From contig CP145422.1 of assembly GCA_036867785.1 (NCBI GenBank), forward strand, positions 124,001-188,000: a stretch of DNA of 64,000 nucleotides. Reading direction: 5' to 3'. Both the position numbers and the translations under genes were made by a program. Positions 24,471 to 34,810 of the stretch are shown one piece after another; within the stretch, counting starts at the first letter, position 1, and each line of letters opens with the position of its first letter. The notes below the pieces were generated by a model. The model worked only from the letters and a program-made list of their open reading frames with translations. It was not told where the DNA came from and did not search any database. The stretch is from Plasmodiophora brassicae (taxonomy: Eukaryota).

Positions 24471-25170
24471 TTACCAAGCGATCCCGTCACAAGTCCCGTC
24501 GAATAGCCACGTGCCGATGGTGGCGTTCCGGACGGATTGCAACTGCTGCGACAGCCGCGTGGATTTGGATCGTTCGGCCTCCCGATCCCGATTGGCGTCG
24601 GCCAGCTGTCGGGAGAGCCGTGCATTGTCCCGCTCCAGATCCGCGACGCGTCGCTCTAGGTCGGCAACGACCTGTCGATGCTGTTCCCGTTCCGGGTCGA
24701 CATCGACAGGGGACACCGACTGCTCCTCCTGACGTCGTGCGCCTTCCCTTTCGATCCGACTGGTCATGTCCGCCAGTTGCATCTGTAACCTGAGCAGAGC
24801 GTCTGAGAACGACGTCGGCGCTGTTGACGTTGATACCAGGGCTGTGTGACCTGACGTTCTCCTGGGCGATCGCCATCAGGCTATCGAGGTCGAGATCAAT
24901 TTCAGGTCGCGGCGACAGGTCAATCAAAGCATCGTCCGAATGGCGCAGCGGATGGCCGGCACCCTCGCCTTGTGTCTGCGTTGACGCCTCCGTTAACGTC
25001 CGCAATGGCGTCGACGTCGGCGAGTTCGACACATGGCGACCGGCCAGTGCTGGCGACGCCAGCGCCCTGTTATACCGAACCGTCGGCGTCCGGACACCCG
25101 ACGCAGATGACGACAGGCGGCGGCGCTCGCGTTGCGCCCCCTCGTGCGGCGATGATGACGTCGACGGCAT
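24471..25170 (-). CDS. Hypothetical coiled-coil protein (2 exons)
   Basis: Exon 1 MPSTSSSP..AQENVR, intron about 24791-24852, exon 2 heptad-rich VADLERRVADLERDNARLSRQL. Confidence 0.55.
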
Positions 25171-25535
25171 CGCCCACGCCCCCCTCAGCGGACAATGTGC
25201 GCCACCTGGCAGTCAGTGACGATCACCGAACGGCTGTCACACATATAGGCGTCGACTGATACAGGAGGCGGCATTTTCGTCCGTGACTGCAGCTGGGGAA
25301 ACTGCGCCACTGGAACTGCAATCCCGCAGCAATGGGCGCCGGGTCCGTCGTGGCTGCTGCCCGGACAGCGCCGCCTGCACGGGCGACTACCGACTCCTCA
25401 TGCGGGGGAAGCGACCCCGTTCTTCGTCATCGGCGTCGGTTCGCCGGTCCTGGTCGTCGTCAGAACATGGGGGACCGTGACGCCCCCGCCGCACCCGGCT
25501 ATCGACCGCCCCTATTCTTGGATGCGGCTGGCTGG

Positions 25536-27914
25536 ATGCTGATCGGTGCCCGTCGAGCCGCTGGATGGCGGGTCATCAGGCGATCGGCATCCAGCTCTGC
25601 TGTGACGTCGTCGGCGCCGCATGACGTCGACGACGACGCAGCGGGCACCTGGCGTATCGTGCGGCGAAACGCGCAGCTGGACGCGTCGTTCCGCCTGCAG
25701 GAGTTCATGATGTCCCCGACGGTCCCCGGCGCCGTCCGCCTGCTGAAGGAACTGGTGGACGCCGACCCGTACGGCGGCTGGGCCGTATTTCAACGCGTTC
25801 TGACGTCGTCGCGCCGCCTGGCGCCCTGTGTCCCGTTCTTCCAGGCGATGATGTCGTTCTGCCACCGGTGCATACCCGGGAAAGGCCCGCACGTCTTCGA
25901 GGCGGCCAGGTCGCGCGATGTCCCCGGCTGGGAGACCCTGTTCGGCTCGTTCGTCACCCTGTGCCTGGGCACGTCGCCGCCCATGGTCGACGAAGCCTGG
26001 GCGGCGTACCGGTCGTCAGGCATCCGCACCCATGACGCCATCTACAGCATGGCGCACATCAGCCGAGTCGGGCAGCGGCCGCGCGCCGCGCGCCGCCTCG
26101 TGCAGGACGCTCTGGACGGCAAGGTCGCGTTCACCGAGAAGCTCGTCTCGACGTTCGCCGCGTGCTGCATCGACGACGCCGAAGTCGCCGAGCGGCTCCT
26201 CGACGTCACGCTGCGGTCGCGTATCAACAACCAGCCGCTGGTTGCCAACCTCGTCAAGGCGTTGGTCGCGGGCGGCCGGTTCGGGCGCGCCATCCACGCG
26301 ATGCAGCAGGTGGAGGCGGGCGGCGCCCCGCCTTCGGAGCACGCGTACAACCTTGTGGTTGGCGCGTACACGAGGGCGGGGCGCCTGGCGTCGGCGATCG
26401 ACCTCGTCCAGCGGATGCTGGACCGGGCGGTGCCCGTCTGCCTGCCGGTCCTCTGCGCGTTGATCGTCGCCTGCCGTCACGACGCGCCTGCCGTCCGCCG
26501 ATTGCACGACGTCGTCGTTGTGCGTCGCCCGCTGCTGGACGAAGACGTCGTCGTCTGCGCCTTCATATCCGCGTTTGGCCATTGCGGCGACGTCGCATCC
26601 GCCGAGAACGTGTTCCGGTCCTGGACCGGGCGCCCGTCCATCACCGTCTTCAACGCGATCATCGGCGCGTACAACCGCAACAACGCCCTGCTGAAGGCGA
26701 TCGAAACGTTCGACGCCGTGCGACGCGCCGGCCTGCACGTCGGCCCGCCGATCCACGCCAGCATGCTCGCCGTCTTCGCCAAGGCGAACCGGATCCCGCA
26801 AGCGCTGGCCCTGCTGCGCTCGTCGGCGCGCGACGCTGTGGACCGCGACCCGTCCCTGTTCGCGATGCAGGTGGCCGCCTGTGCGCGATGCTCCGACCTG
26901 GCCGCCGTCCACGAATTGCACAGGTACGCGCGCGCCAGCCCGCCGGCGCCGCCTGTCGAGGCGGCCCTGATCGCCGCCTACGCCGCCTGCGGCCAGCTCC
27001 ACGACGCGCTGAACGTGTTCCAGAGCGGGAAGTGGCCGCCAACGCTGGCGACGCTGAACGCCGTCATCGACGCGTACGCCGACCATGGCGTGCTGTCGTC
27101 CGCCATGGGCCTGTTCGCCCGCATGAAACGGGCGCGTCTGCGACCGGACCGTTCCACGTTGCTGTCGCTCCTGAAGGCCTGCAGCAACAGCCGCGACCTG
27201 GAGGCGGCCGTCGCCATCGTCGCCGAGTTCGCGGGCGCCTGGCGGGTCCGTCTGGCGTCGGACCACGTCCGGCACCTCGTCGATCTGTACGGGCGCACCG
27301 GCGACCTGGACACGGCCGAGCGCCTCTGCCGCACCTCGGTGCACGCGCTGTCCGCCCTGCGCGCGTGCCGCCGGCACCGCGACGTGCCTCGTGGCGCCCG
27401 CGTCTTTGCTCGCCTGCAACAGCCAGCTGACGACGTCGCCCACGCCCTGCTGTCCGACCTGTACGCCTCGGTGGGATGCGCCACGAAACGCGCGACGACG
27501 TCGCAAGGGCCGACGACGCTGATGCTTCCCGGGAGCGCGCTGCGTTTCGCGACGAACGATCGGCGGCTGCAGACCGATGGGAACCTTCGGCAACAGCATC
27601 GGAGCATGCTGGCCGACCTGCGGGATCGCGGGTACCAACCCGACGTGTCGGGCGTCGACGGCGACGTCCTGGACGACGCCCTGCAGGCGAGCTGCGTCCA
27701 CAGCGAGAAGATCGCGCTGGCGTACGCGTTGCGCGTCCTGCCACCGGGAGCGCCCGTCTTCGCGTCGAAACCCGACGGCATCTGCCCCGACTGCCACGAC
27801 GTCCTGAAGCGCGTCTCGGCGCTGTACAGGCGCGACGTTGGCGTCCGCGATCGGAACGCGTATCACCGTTTCCGCGATGGGCGCTGCTCCTGCGACGACT
27901 ACTGGTGTATATAG
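25536..27914 (+). CDS. PPR protein with C-terminal DYW cytidine-deaminase domain
   Basis: PPR motifs (AYNLVVGAYTRAG, AFISAFGHCGD, VFNAIIGAY, ALIAAYAACG, LVDLYGRTGD); GYQPD, HSEKIALAY, CPDCH, HRFRDGRCSCDDYW; Arg/Ser-rich presequence-like start (upstream ATG 25332 also in frame). Confidence 0.92.
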   Translation: MLIGARRAAGWRVIRRSASSSAVTSSAPHDVDDDAAGTWRIVRRNAQLDASFRLQEFMMSPTVPGAVRLLKELVDADPYGGWAVFQRVLTSSRRLAPCVPFFQAMMSFCHRCIPGKGPHVFEAARSRDVPGWETLFGSFVTLCLGTSPPMVDEAWAAYRSSGIRTHDAIYSMAHISRVGQRPRAARRLVQDALDGKVAFTEKLVSTFAACCIDDAEVAERLLDVTLRSRINNQPLVANLVKALVAGGRFGRAIHAMQQVEAGGAPPSEHAYNLVVGAYTRAGRLASAIDLVQRMLDRAVPVCLPVLCALIVACRHDAPAVRRLHDVVVVRRPLLDEDVVVCAFISAFGHCGDVASAENVFRSWTGRPSITVFNAIIGAYNRNNALLKAIETFDAVRRAGLHVGPPIHASMLAVFAKANRIPQALALLRSSARDAVDRDPSLFAMQVAACARCSDLAAVHELHRYARASPPAPPVEAALIAAYAACGQLHDALNVFQSGKWPPTLATLNAVIDAYADHGVLSSAMGLFARMKRARLRPDRSTLLSLLKACSNSRDLEAAVAIVAEFAGAWRVRLASDHVRHLVDLYGRTGDLDTAERLCRTSVHALSALRACRRHRDVPRGARVFARLQQPADDVAHALLSDLYASVGCATKRATTSQGPTTLMLPGSALRFATNDRRLQTDGNLRQQHRSMLADLRDRGYQPDVSGVDGDVLDDALQASCVHSEKIALAYALRVLPPGAPVFASKPDGICPDCHDVLKRVSALYRRDVGVRDRNAYHRFRDGRCSCDDYWCI

Positions 27915-27920
27915 CAGCAG

Positions 27921-29270
27921 TCAACGTGACGTCGCCAGGTTGTGATAGTACGACGGGACCGTGTTCTTCTCCGCCTGGACGGCCTCGAGGATCTGCCGCC
28001 GCTGGAACGCGGCGCTGATGCCGATGCACTGCAGGTCGGCGTCGTCGCATCGGACCAGGGCGGCGCCGTCGACGCCGAACTCCTCGATGCGCTTGACGGC
28101 GCCCGACCCGATATGCCGCTGGCGCAGCCAGGCGGCGACCTGTGCGCGCGCGCGGCGTCAGCGATGACGGTTCGTTGCGGGTGCAGCTCCGCGCAGTCCG
28201 TGGCCTGACCTGTGCGCAGGACCACGACTGCATCGTGTCGGACGCGGCGACGCGCACGCGCCACGTGATGGCGGCGCGCAGTTCGTGCTCGACGAGCTGC
28301 GCCGCCTGCTGCGCGATCGTCAGCTGCGGGTCCAGGGCGCACGCCTGGCGGAAGTTCGCCAGCGCCTGGCTCGGCAGGTCCAGCTGGCGGTACGCGCGCC
28401 CTGTCGACACACGAAGGCACGCGTCATCGCCACAGCAGTATGATGGCGCCCCCACCTACCGCGGACGTATAACAGGACGGCGCAGGTCGGCGATTTGATC
28501 AAGGCACGGTTGACCGTGTCGAGCGCGGCTCGCGGGCGGCCTGCACCTAACAGCGCTACCGATTGCGCCATACAGAGGGCGGTTTCGTCCGCTTCGTTAT
28601 GCTCCGCATCCGGTTCCAGCGCCTTGACGTAGTCGTTCGAGATCACGGACGCCCAGGCGCGGTGCGCGTGACGCCCGGCCGCATGCGGCAGGGCCACGCG
28701 CGTGGCGTCGTCGCTCAGCATCGCAGCGTATTGCTCCAGGTCCAGCAACGTTGGGTTGTCCGGGTCGCGTTCGGCGACCCATTCCAGGTCCGATCGTGCT
28801 GGGGCCAGCTGCCCGAGCTGGCAGTGGACCCCGGCCCGGGACAGCCGGTACTCGACGTCGGCCTCGTTGTCGAGTTGCACGGCCCTGTCCAGGTCGTCAA
28901 GGGCGCCCTGCAGGTTCCCCTGGCGGCGCAGCGCGACCGCGCGCAGCCAGTACGCGAACGCGGGCGCGTCGTCCTCCCCCTGCGACGAGATCGCTGTCGT
29001 CAGGTCGCGGACCGCCATCGGCATGTCCTGTCGCTGGACATGCGTCCAGGCGCGGTCGATCAGGACGGTCGGGTCCGCTGGGCGCTCCTTCAGGCACTCG
29101 CCGTAATCCGCCAGTGCTAGCGCGAACGCGCCCGACGCCATGTGCGCCCAGGCGCGGAACTGCCTGGCGAACGTGTTCGTCGGGTCGGCGTCCAGGGCCG
29201 CGTCGGCGACGCGGACCGCCTCGGCATACCGCCCGTCGGACAGCAACCGCTCGGCGCTGGCGATCGCCAT
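27921..29270 (-). CDS. TPR protein with C-terminal SAM domain
   Basis: TPRs in 28320-29270; after introns WSCAQ|VAAWLRQRHIG..VDGAALVRCDDADLQCIGISAAFQRRQILEAV (SAM pattern); TGA 27921-27923. Confidence 0.7.
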
Positions 29271-29319
29271 CGCGTACCACGCGCTTGTGATTCATTCGTA
29301 TCTGGACGACGTGCCTGTA

Positions 29320-29802
29320 TTACGGGCCGGCAGGGACTTCGACTTCTTCGATGCCCGGATGGGGCTTCAAGGACGACCTGCCGAGCAGGGCGTCGGTGGC
29401 CCTAGCGACATGGTCCGGCTGGACGTCGGGCTGCGCGTCGAACACGCCGACCATCAGGTCCATGTCGATGGCGCGCGATTCGGCGTCCTCCAGCGGCAGC
29501 TCCATTCGGTCCTGGTCGCCCAGCAGCTCGTTCGCCTTCTGGATCTTGGGCAGGAAGTGTCGCACGCGTTCCAGCAGCGTCGCCGTCGACGTGCCCTCGC
29601 TGGCGGACATGGCCGACGCCGTCAGCGACAGGTTGCTGAGCGAGACGGACGGTCTGACAGGTTCGTGAGCGGTCAGAAACGAACGCGAACGAGCGCGCGC
29701 GCGCACTGCTTACACGTTGGAGTAGACGGCCGGTGACGAGAACGGCGTCCGGCCGGGGTTGGGCGACGCGATCGCCGCGGGGCGCCCGTTCGAAGATGAC
29801 AT
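29320..29802 (-). CDS. NOPCHAP1/DUF4598-like small protein (start uncertain)
   Basis: LLERVRHFLPKIQKANELL..IDMDLMVGVFD; C-terminal IEEV. Confidence 0.6.
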
Positions 29803-30074
29803 GCGTGCCCCGCGTAGCCGCACGGGTCGCTGCGCTGACGCGGATGAACGGCGCAGCCCCTTCTGTCTGCTGCCGATAATGTCCTCAATCGGCCGAAACT
29901 CCGTACGGACACCGTGGCGGCCCCCGGCCGTCGCCCCTGTGCCCCGTACCCGAAATAGCCGCCCACCACGGCTGGTGGCGCTGCATGCGGGCCGTGACCA
30001 GCGTATGGACCTATGCCGGCCCCGGATGCGCTAGTCAGGTACATATACACCCGTTATATTATGTCTTCGGAAAT

Positions 30075-32258
30075 TTACAGGTCTGCTGCCGAGGCGCAGT
30101 GGACGCAAGGGCACCAGCAGTCGATCCGGTAAATGGAGCAGGACGTCGTCGCGTCCTGGATGAGCATCTGGCAATTGCAGAGCCATCGGACCTCGCGCGG
30201 GCTGCCCAGCGTGCGGATCTTCGCCAGCGATTGCCTGCAGCCGTGCACCAGGTCCCATATTTCGACCCGGATCGTGACCGGCGACTCCATCGACAGCGGC
30301 TCCTCCAGGAAGTCGTCCGACTCGTCCGAGTCGAAGTCGCGGTCCGAGTCGTAGTCGAACGTGATCTGCTGGCGTAGCGTCAGCACCGCCAGCCGGATCC
30401 CATCCGGCGACGCAGCCAGGATCCAGTCGCTGGTTCGCGACCGCGCCTCGTACGGCACTGTGTACAGAGCGGACCCATCGCAACGGTAGGCGACGAGCTC
30501 GAACGTGCTGGGCGACAGCGTTTTCCGAATCGAGTACATAAATCGGCCGTCGCGCGCGATCGCCAACGGGTTATCAACACTGGGATCGCCCGGGTCGCGA
30601 ACCACCGCCACGTTCCGCCACTGGAGCGACGCAAACTGTGCCGCGTCGAGCAGCGCGGGCGGGTCATCGGCCCTGCAGACGGCAACCCGGACCTCGACGT
30701 CGAGGTCGTAGATCGACCCGACGCCGGCCAGCCGGACCAGGCCGCCGTCCGGCGTGGCGACCACCTGGTAGGTGCCACCGTACCGCAGCCCGTTGCTGGG
30801 CCCGGGCAGATCGAGGCGCTTCACCGGCGAACCGTCCGGTTCCAGCTCGTACAGGGCATTGTCTGACAGCACCGACAGGCGGCGCCCGTTCACAGAATAG
30901 CACGCGGCGCGGAACGGACCCGGATGGTACCGGTGCGACCCGTCGGCGAGGCGCACGACAACGACGCCGGCCGGTTCCGGCCACACCTGGTTCCCGTTCG
31001 CGTCGAACGCCGTTGCTGACGCGCCCCCGTTCGGGTCGCCGGCGTACGTCTCGACGGCGACGGCGACCTGCGTCCCGTCCGGCGACACGCTCGTCCCGCC
31101 GTGGACGACGACGTACCGGTGCGCCGGCAACGGGTCCAGACAGTTCCTGGCGACGATGACGCGCGGTTCCAGGCGCAGGTCGGTGCGCAGCATCGTCAGC
31201 GAGCGGCTGTCGCTGCGGTAGACGACGAGGCGGCCGCAGGTCGAGAACACGGCCGACCGTGGCACGTCGTCGATCGTGCCGTACAGCGACAGCGCCGGCG
31301 ACCGCAGCGCGACCCGCGATCGCACCACCGAGTGAAGCCGGGCGCGCTGTACAGAACGCAGGTCGTCCAGGTCCAGGAACCGGGCGACGACGACGAGGAC
31401 GTCGTGGGGCAGGCGGCTCAGCGCCCCGAGCGGCGGATCGTGCGGGCCGGCGTCGTGCTCCGGTCGGGCACGCCCCGGATCTGGGAACCCCCAGCGGGAC
31501 AGCGGGATGCGGACGTCCCTGCCGACGTCGTCGTAGGCGCACAGGCAGAACCGGTCCATGTCGAACCGCGGGCGGAACATGCCCAGGCCACAGAAGACGT
31601 AGCGCGACGCCGACGACGTCGTGACGACGACGACGCCGCAGACCGCGCTGCGCGTGCTTCTGTTGACGAGGTCGACCGCCAGGAGACGATCCGCGCAGGT
31701 CGCCACCGATCGGATCCCGAGGCAATGCGCCTTGTGCGACGGGGCGTCCAGCACGGACGGCAGGCGCCACTGCCCGGCCGGTTTGGGTCGGGTCGACGCG
31801 CGCTGCGGGTCGACGAGCTCGACGACGACGGAGCAGCCGGCGTCCAGCGGGCCGATGCAGACGCGGAACCGGCCGCATGACGATCGCGTCCATTTGTGCT
31901 TCCGGTCGCGACGTTGCTCGTCGCGGGGCGATACGAGAACGTCGTCGTCATCGGCGACGGCGTCGACGCGTTCGGCGCGCGACACGCAATCCTGGCACCT
32001 GCTGACGGCCGGGTTTCGACGCCACTGGTTGTTGCTGTACCCGGTCCGGTCCACCGCCTGCCGGCACTGCGAGCAGACGCGCGACGGCACCCGTCGCGGC
32101 CCGTGATGCACGGGGGCGCCGGGCCGGGCGGGCACGGCCGTCCCCCCGACGCACCGCCGGCATCGCCCTGCGTCCGCCGGCCGCTGCCATTGCGTGTAGC
32201 TGAAGCCGGACCGAGGCACCGTCGCCCGGCACTGCGAGCAGACACGCGTCGATGGCAT
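30075..32258 (-). CDS. Two Stc1-like C4 zinc modules + F-box + beta-propeller-like C-terminus
   Basis: CSQC..FSYTQW..CRRC and CSQC..YSNNQW..CQDC; LSRLPHDVLVVVARFLD; SPDG-type propeller motifs; 727-aa ORF. Confidence 0.65.
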   Translation of the reverse strand: MPSTRVCSQCRATVPRSGFSYTQWQRPADAGRCRRCVGGTAVPARPGAPVHHGPRRVPSRVCSQCRQAVDRTGYSNNQWRRNPAVSRCQDCVSRAERVDAVADDDDVLVSPRDEQRRDRKHKWTRSSCGRFRVCIGPLDAGCSVVVELVDPQRASTRPKPAGQWRLPSVLDAPSHKAHCLGIRSVATCADRLLAVDLVNRSTRSAVCGVVVVTTSSASRYVFCGLGMFRPRFDMDRFCLCAYDDVGRDVRIPLSRWGFPDPGRARPEHDAGPHDPPLGALSRLPHDVLVVVARFLDLDDLRSVQRARLHSVVRSRVALRSPALSLYGTIDDVPRSAVFSTCGRLVVYRSDSRSLTMLRTDLRLEPRVIVARNCLDPLPAHRYVVVHGGTSVSPDGTQVAVAVETYAGDPNGGASATAFDANGNQVWPEPAGVVVVRLADGSHRYHPGPFRAACYSVNGRRLSVLSDNALYELEPDGSPVKRLDLPGPSNGLRYGGTYQVVATPDGGLVRLAGVGSIYDLDVEVRVAVCRADDPPALLDAAQFASLQWRNVAVVRDPGDPSVDNPLAIARDGRFMYSIRKTLSPSTFELVAYRCDGSALYTVPYEARSRTSDWILAASPDGIRLAVLTLRQQITFDYDSDRDFDSDESDDFLEEPLSMESPVTIRVEIWDLVHGCRQSLAKIRTLGSPREVRWLCNCQMLIQDATTSCSIYRIDCWCPCVHCASAADL

Positions 32259-32851
32259 TCGACAGCCACCGACCAGCGCCGCACCACGCCCGCCAAATAT
32301 AATAATTCGGCTGCAAATGCAATAATATCCAATTGCCCATCAGTGAACGTCCAGAACAATTTTGCTGGCTGGTACCGAGGCGGAGGAAATGGGGTTCGAG
32401 CACCTTTAATTTGGAAATCGTCACCCAAACGTTGGAGTTGAGCACCTACGCCACTGACGCTCACCACCTACCAGTTTGGGACATACCGGGAGTGGGCATT
32501 CTGTAATAATTTCGTCTACTGGTGGCCAACGCAGGCGGACTCCAGTAGACGAAAGTAAAATTTATACTTCAGTCCTTCGTCGCCCCACGAAGCACGATCT
32601 GCTTCCATCACTTCGGCAGGACGGCGCCAGCCGTCGACACGGGGAACAGTCGACGTGGCGGCGTCCGCATTCGCCAGCCGGCGCCGGCGACCGCCCGCGG
32701 CATACACAGTTCGCGCGTGCCATCTGTTGACGATCATAATTTTAGGGGAATGGCGAATGGGCGGAATGGCGCGGGGCGCCGACGACCCTCTGTTCTATTT
32801 TCGTGACCGTGTGCGTCGGCGGTCGTTGTACCGAGACGAGGGTCGCGGCGG

Positions 32852-33213
32852 ATGGGGACGGAGGATTCCGGCGACGGCGACCACTACGAGGTCAACGATG
32901 CCGTCCAGGCCGACTGGCAGCAGCGCGAGTTCGTCGAGATGCTCAAGATGAACATGGTCAAGATCGTCGCCGTCCTGAACCGATTCGGTACGATCGTTCG
33001 TGGGTTGCGCACTGCCGCGACGTCAACTGCTCACGTCATCGTCCAGATGCGTCCGCGCGGGAGCGCTTGTCCAAGATCAACGATCGGATTGGCACGCTGG
33101 AGAGAAATATCGAGTACGTGCCCGCTGTGGAATAGCCACCAAAACCCGACTTGCTCATGCTGGTTCTGTTCAGGTATCTCGAGGTTCTGCTCGGCAGCGA
33201 CAAAGGACAATAA
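32852..33213 (+). CDS. BRK1: BRICK1 (WAVE/SCAR complex subunit)
   Basis: VQADWQQREFVE..LNRF|DASARERLSKINDRIGTLERNIE|YLE; 2 introns. Confidence 0.9.
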
Positions 33214-33246
33214 ACACCGACCTCCACGATTGTATACGCTGTTCGG

Positions 33247-33521
33247 TCAGCACCGGTCGATGCCTTCAGTGGTCGCCACCGGTCGCCGCAGCTCGCAAAC
33301 AACCATGGCGAGGGCCTCCGGGTTGACGCCAGCCTCGCATAGCGACACCAGTATGGACAGCGTCTCCCGATCCAGGCCCGTGTTCAACGCCTCCGATATC
33401 TCGTGCAGCACTGCCGGCAACGTCAACGCACGCCCCCCGACGAGCCACGCCGGTGCCACGACTCACCGGACAGCGCCTCCCGGGCCTGCGCATCCGCCGC
33501 CTTCGCCTGGCCTTCTTCCAT
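33247..33521 (-). CDS. MZT1: Mitotic-spindle organizing protein 1
   Basis: [41 protein letters not shown]. Confidence 0.9.
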
Positions 33522-33789
33522 CGCGGACGCCGCCGCACTTGTTACGAACGACGACGGCCCGCCGAGCGCCCCATTTGGAACATGGACCCACAACAACGTC
33601 CCCCTTTATTTCGTCCACTAGACCCGCAGCTGCACCGGAGCCATCGGGACGTCTCCGAGGTTTCACCCACGCGCGTGCAGACAACCAGCCGGGCTGCAGT
33701 GCACGCGTTTTGCTGACGACGTGGGGAGCTGCAGCACGTCGGCCGGAACGTTCCCGGGGGGCGGCAGCGGCGCTATTTAAATTATAAGG

Positions 33790-34671
33790 TCAGATTGCGA
33801 AGGTTATGGTGACGACGACGGCGATCGTGCCGACGAGGTGGCAGGTCTGGGGTGGCGACCGGGAGCAGGCGGCGGCGGCGCTGCCGCGGCGGTCGGGCTC
33901 GGTGGCGAACCCGAAGCGCGGGTCGGTGAGGACCCAGGCGGACGCGCTGCCGCCGATCAGGCCCCCGATCAGGATCGCGGACGATGGCGACATGGTTGTC
34001 GGCCGAGGCGCCGCCGCACGTGGCAACGGGCGCCTGTGGGCCGACAAGGCCGTCGCACGAAGTCGCCTGACAGCTGCCGCGCCGTACTTCCTGGCCAGCA
34101 GCCCCAGCGCTAGAACGCTTCCGGACGCGACCAGGGCACGCCGGGTTAATCGTCGTCGTCCGACCTCGTTCCGGTTCGGGCGCACGTGCTCGTCGTGCCA
34201 TGGTGCGAACGGGGACACGATGGGCGGGAATCGGATGTCGAAGGTCATCTCGCTGTCCAGGGTGGCGACGGTGACCTCATCCTGCAGCGCCCGCACCGGT
34301 GCGCCCCCGCTGAAACGACGGGCACTTTCCGGTAGGAGGATCCGGCGCGTTGCCGTCGTGGTGACGTTGCCAAAGATGCCGTTATCCGGGCGAACCATCC
34401 TGACCAGGTCGACGGACGGGGTGACGTGCGGCGTCCGGACCCAGATCGTAATCACGTACATCTCGAAGTCTTCGTCATCCTTGATCTCTATCGTACGGTA
34501 GGAGCCTCGCGGCCAGGGAACCTCGCAGCCGTCGCTGTCGAAGAATTGCGTCAGGTCCACCTTGGACAGCACTACGAGCGCTCGGCTCCGGAACGTGAAC
34601 TCCACGACTGTTTCTGCTGCCGCTGCTACGACGGCCATGCACAGGCAGGCAACGGCAACGTGCCAGGGCAT
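33790..34671 (-). CDS. Hypothetical secreted/membrane protein
   Basis: Signal peptide MPWHVAVACLCMAVVAAAA; hydrophobic segments in the C-terminal part. Confidence 0.55.
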   Translation of the reverse strand: MPWHVAVACLCMAVVAAAAETVVEFTFRSRALVVLSKVDLTQFFDSDGCEVPWPRGSYRTIEIKDDEDFEMYVITIWVRTPHVTPSVDLVRMVRPDNGIFGNVTTTATRRILLPESARRFSGGAPVRALQDEVTVATLDSEMTFDIRFPPIVSPFAPWHDEHVRPNRNEVGRRRLTRRALVASGSVLALGLLARKYGAAAVRRLRATALSAHRRPLPRAAAPRPTTMSPSSAILIGGLIGGSASAWVLTDPRFGFATEPDRRGSAAAACSRSPPQTCHLVGTIAVVVTITFAI

Positions 34672-34810
34672 CCCGCGTCGTTCGACGACTGCCCGTGCGG
34701 CGGCACAACGGCGGCGCCTGCCAAAAATAGCGAATTGCGGCGCATATTCCGTATCGCTGCATGTTCAGTCCGACGGTCGCATGTCCAAACCAACCGTCGA
34801 CGTGGCGGCT

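Larger units (their letters stand above)
18142..24868. repeat. Tandem segmental duplication: unit A about 18142-21776, unit B about 21777-24868
   Basis: High nucleotide identity across upstream region, CDS and downstream region; B lacks the equivalent of about 20720-21273. Confidence 0.93.

Noticed and set aside
18142-24868. LTR retrotransposon or other mobile element
   Set aside because: Repeats are gene-containing tandem units with no RT, integrase, transposase or terminal inverted repeats
26016-27866. Long antisense ORFs here and at 15091-15966, 40184-41683, 43075-44130 and 5319-6575
   Set aside because: Shadow or alternative frames of high-GC coding regions; no domain signal
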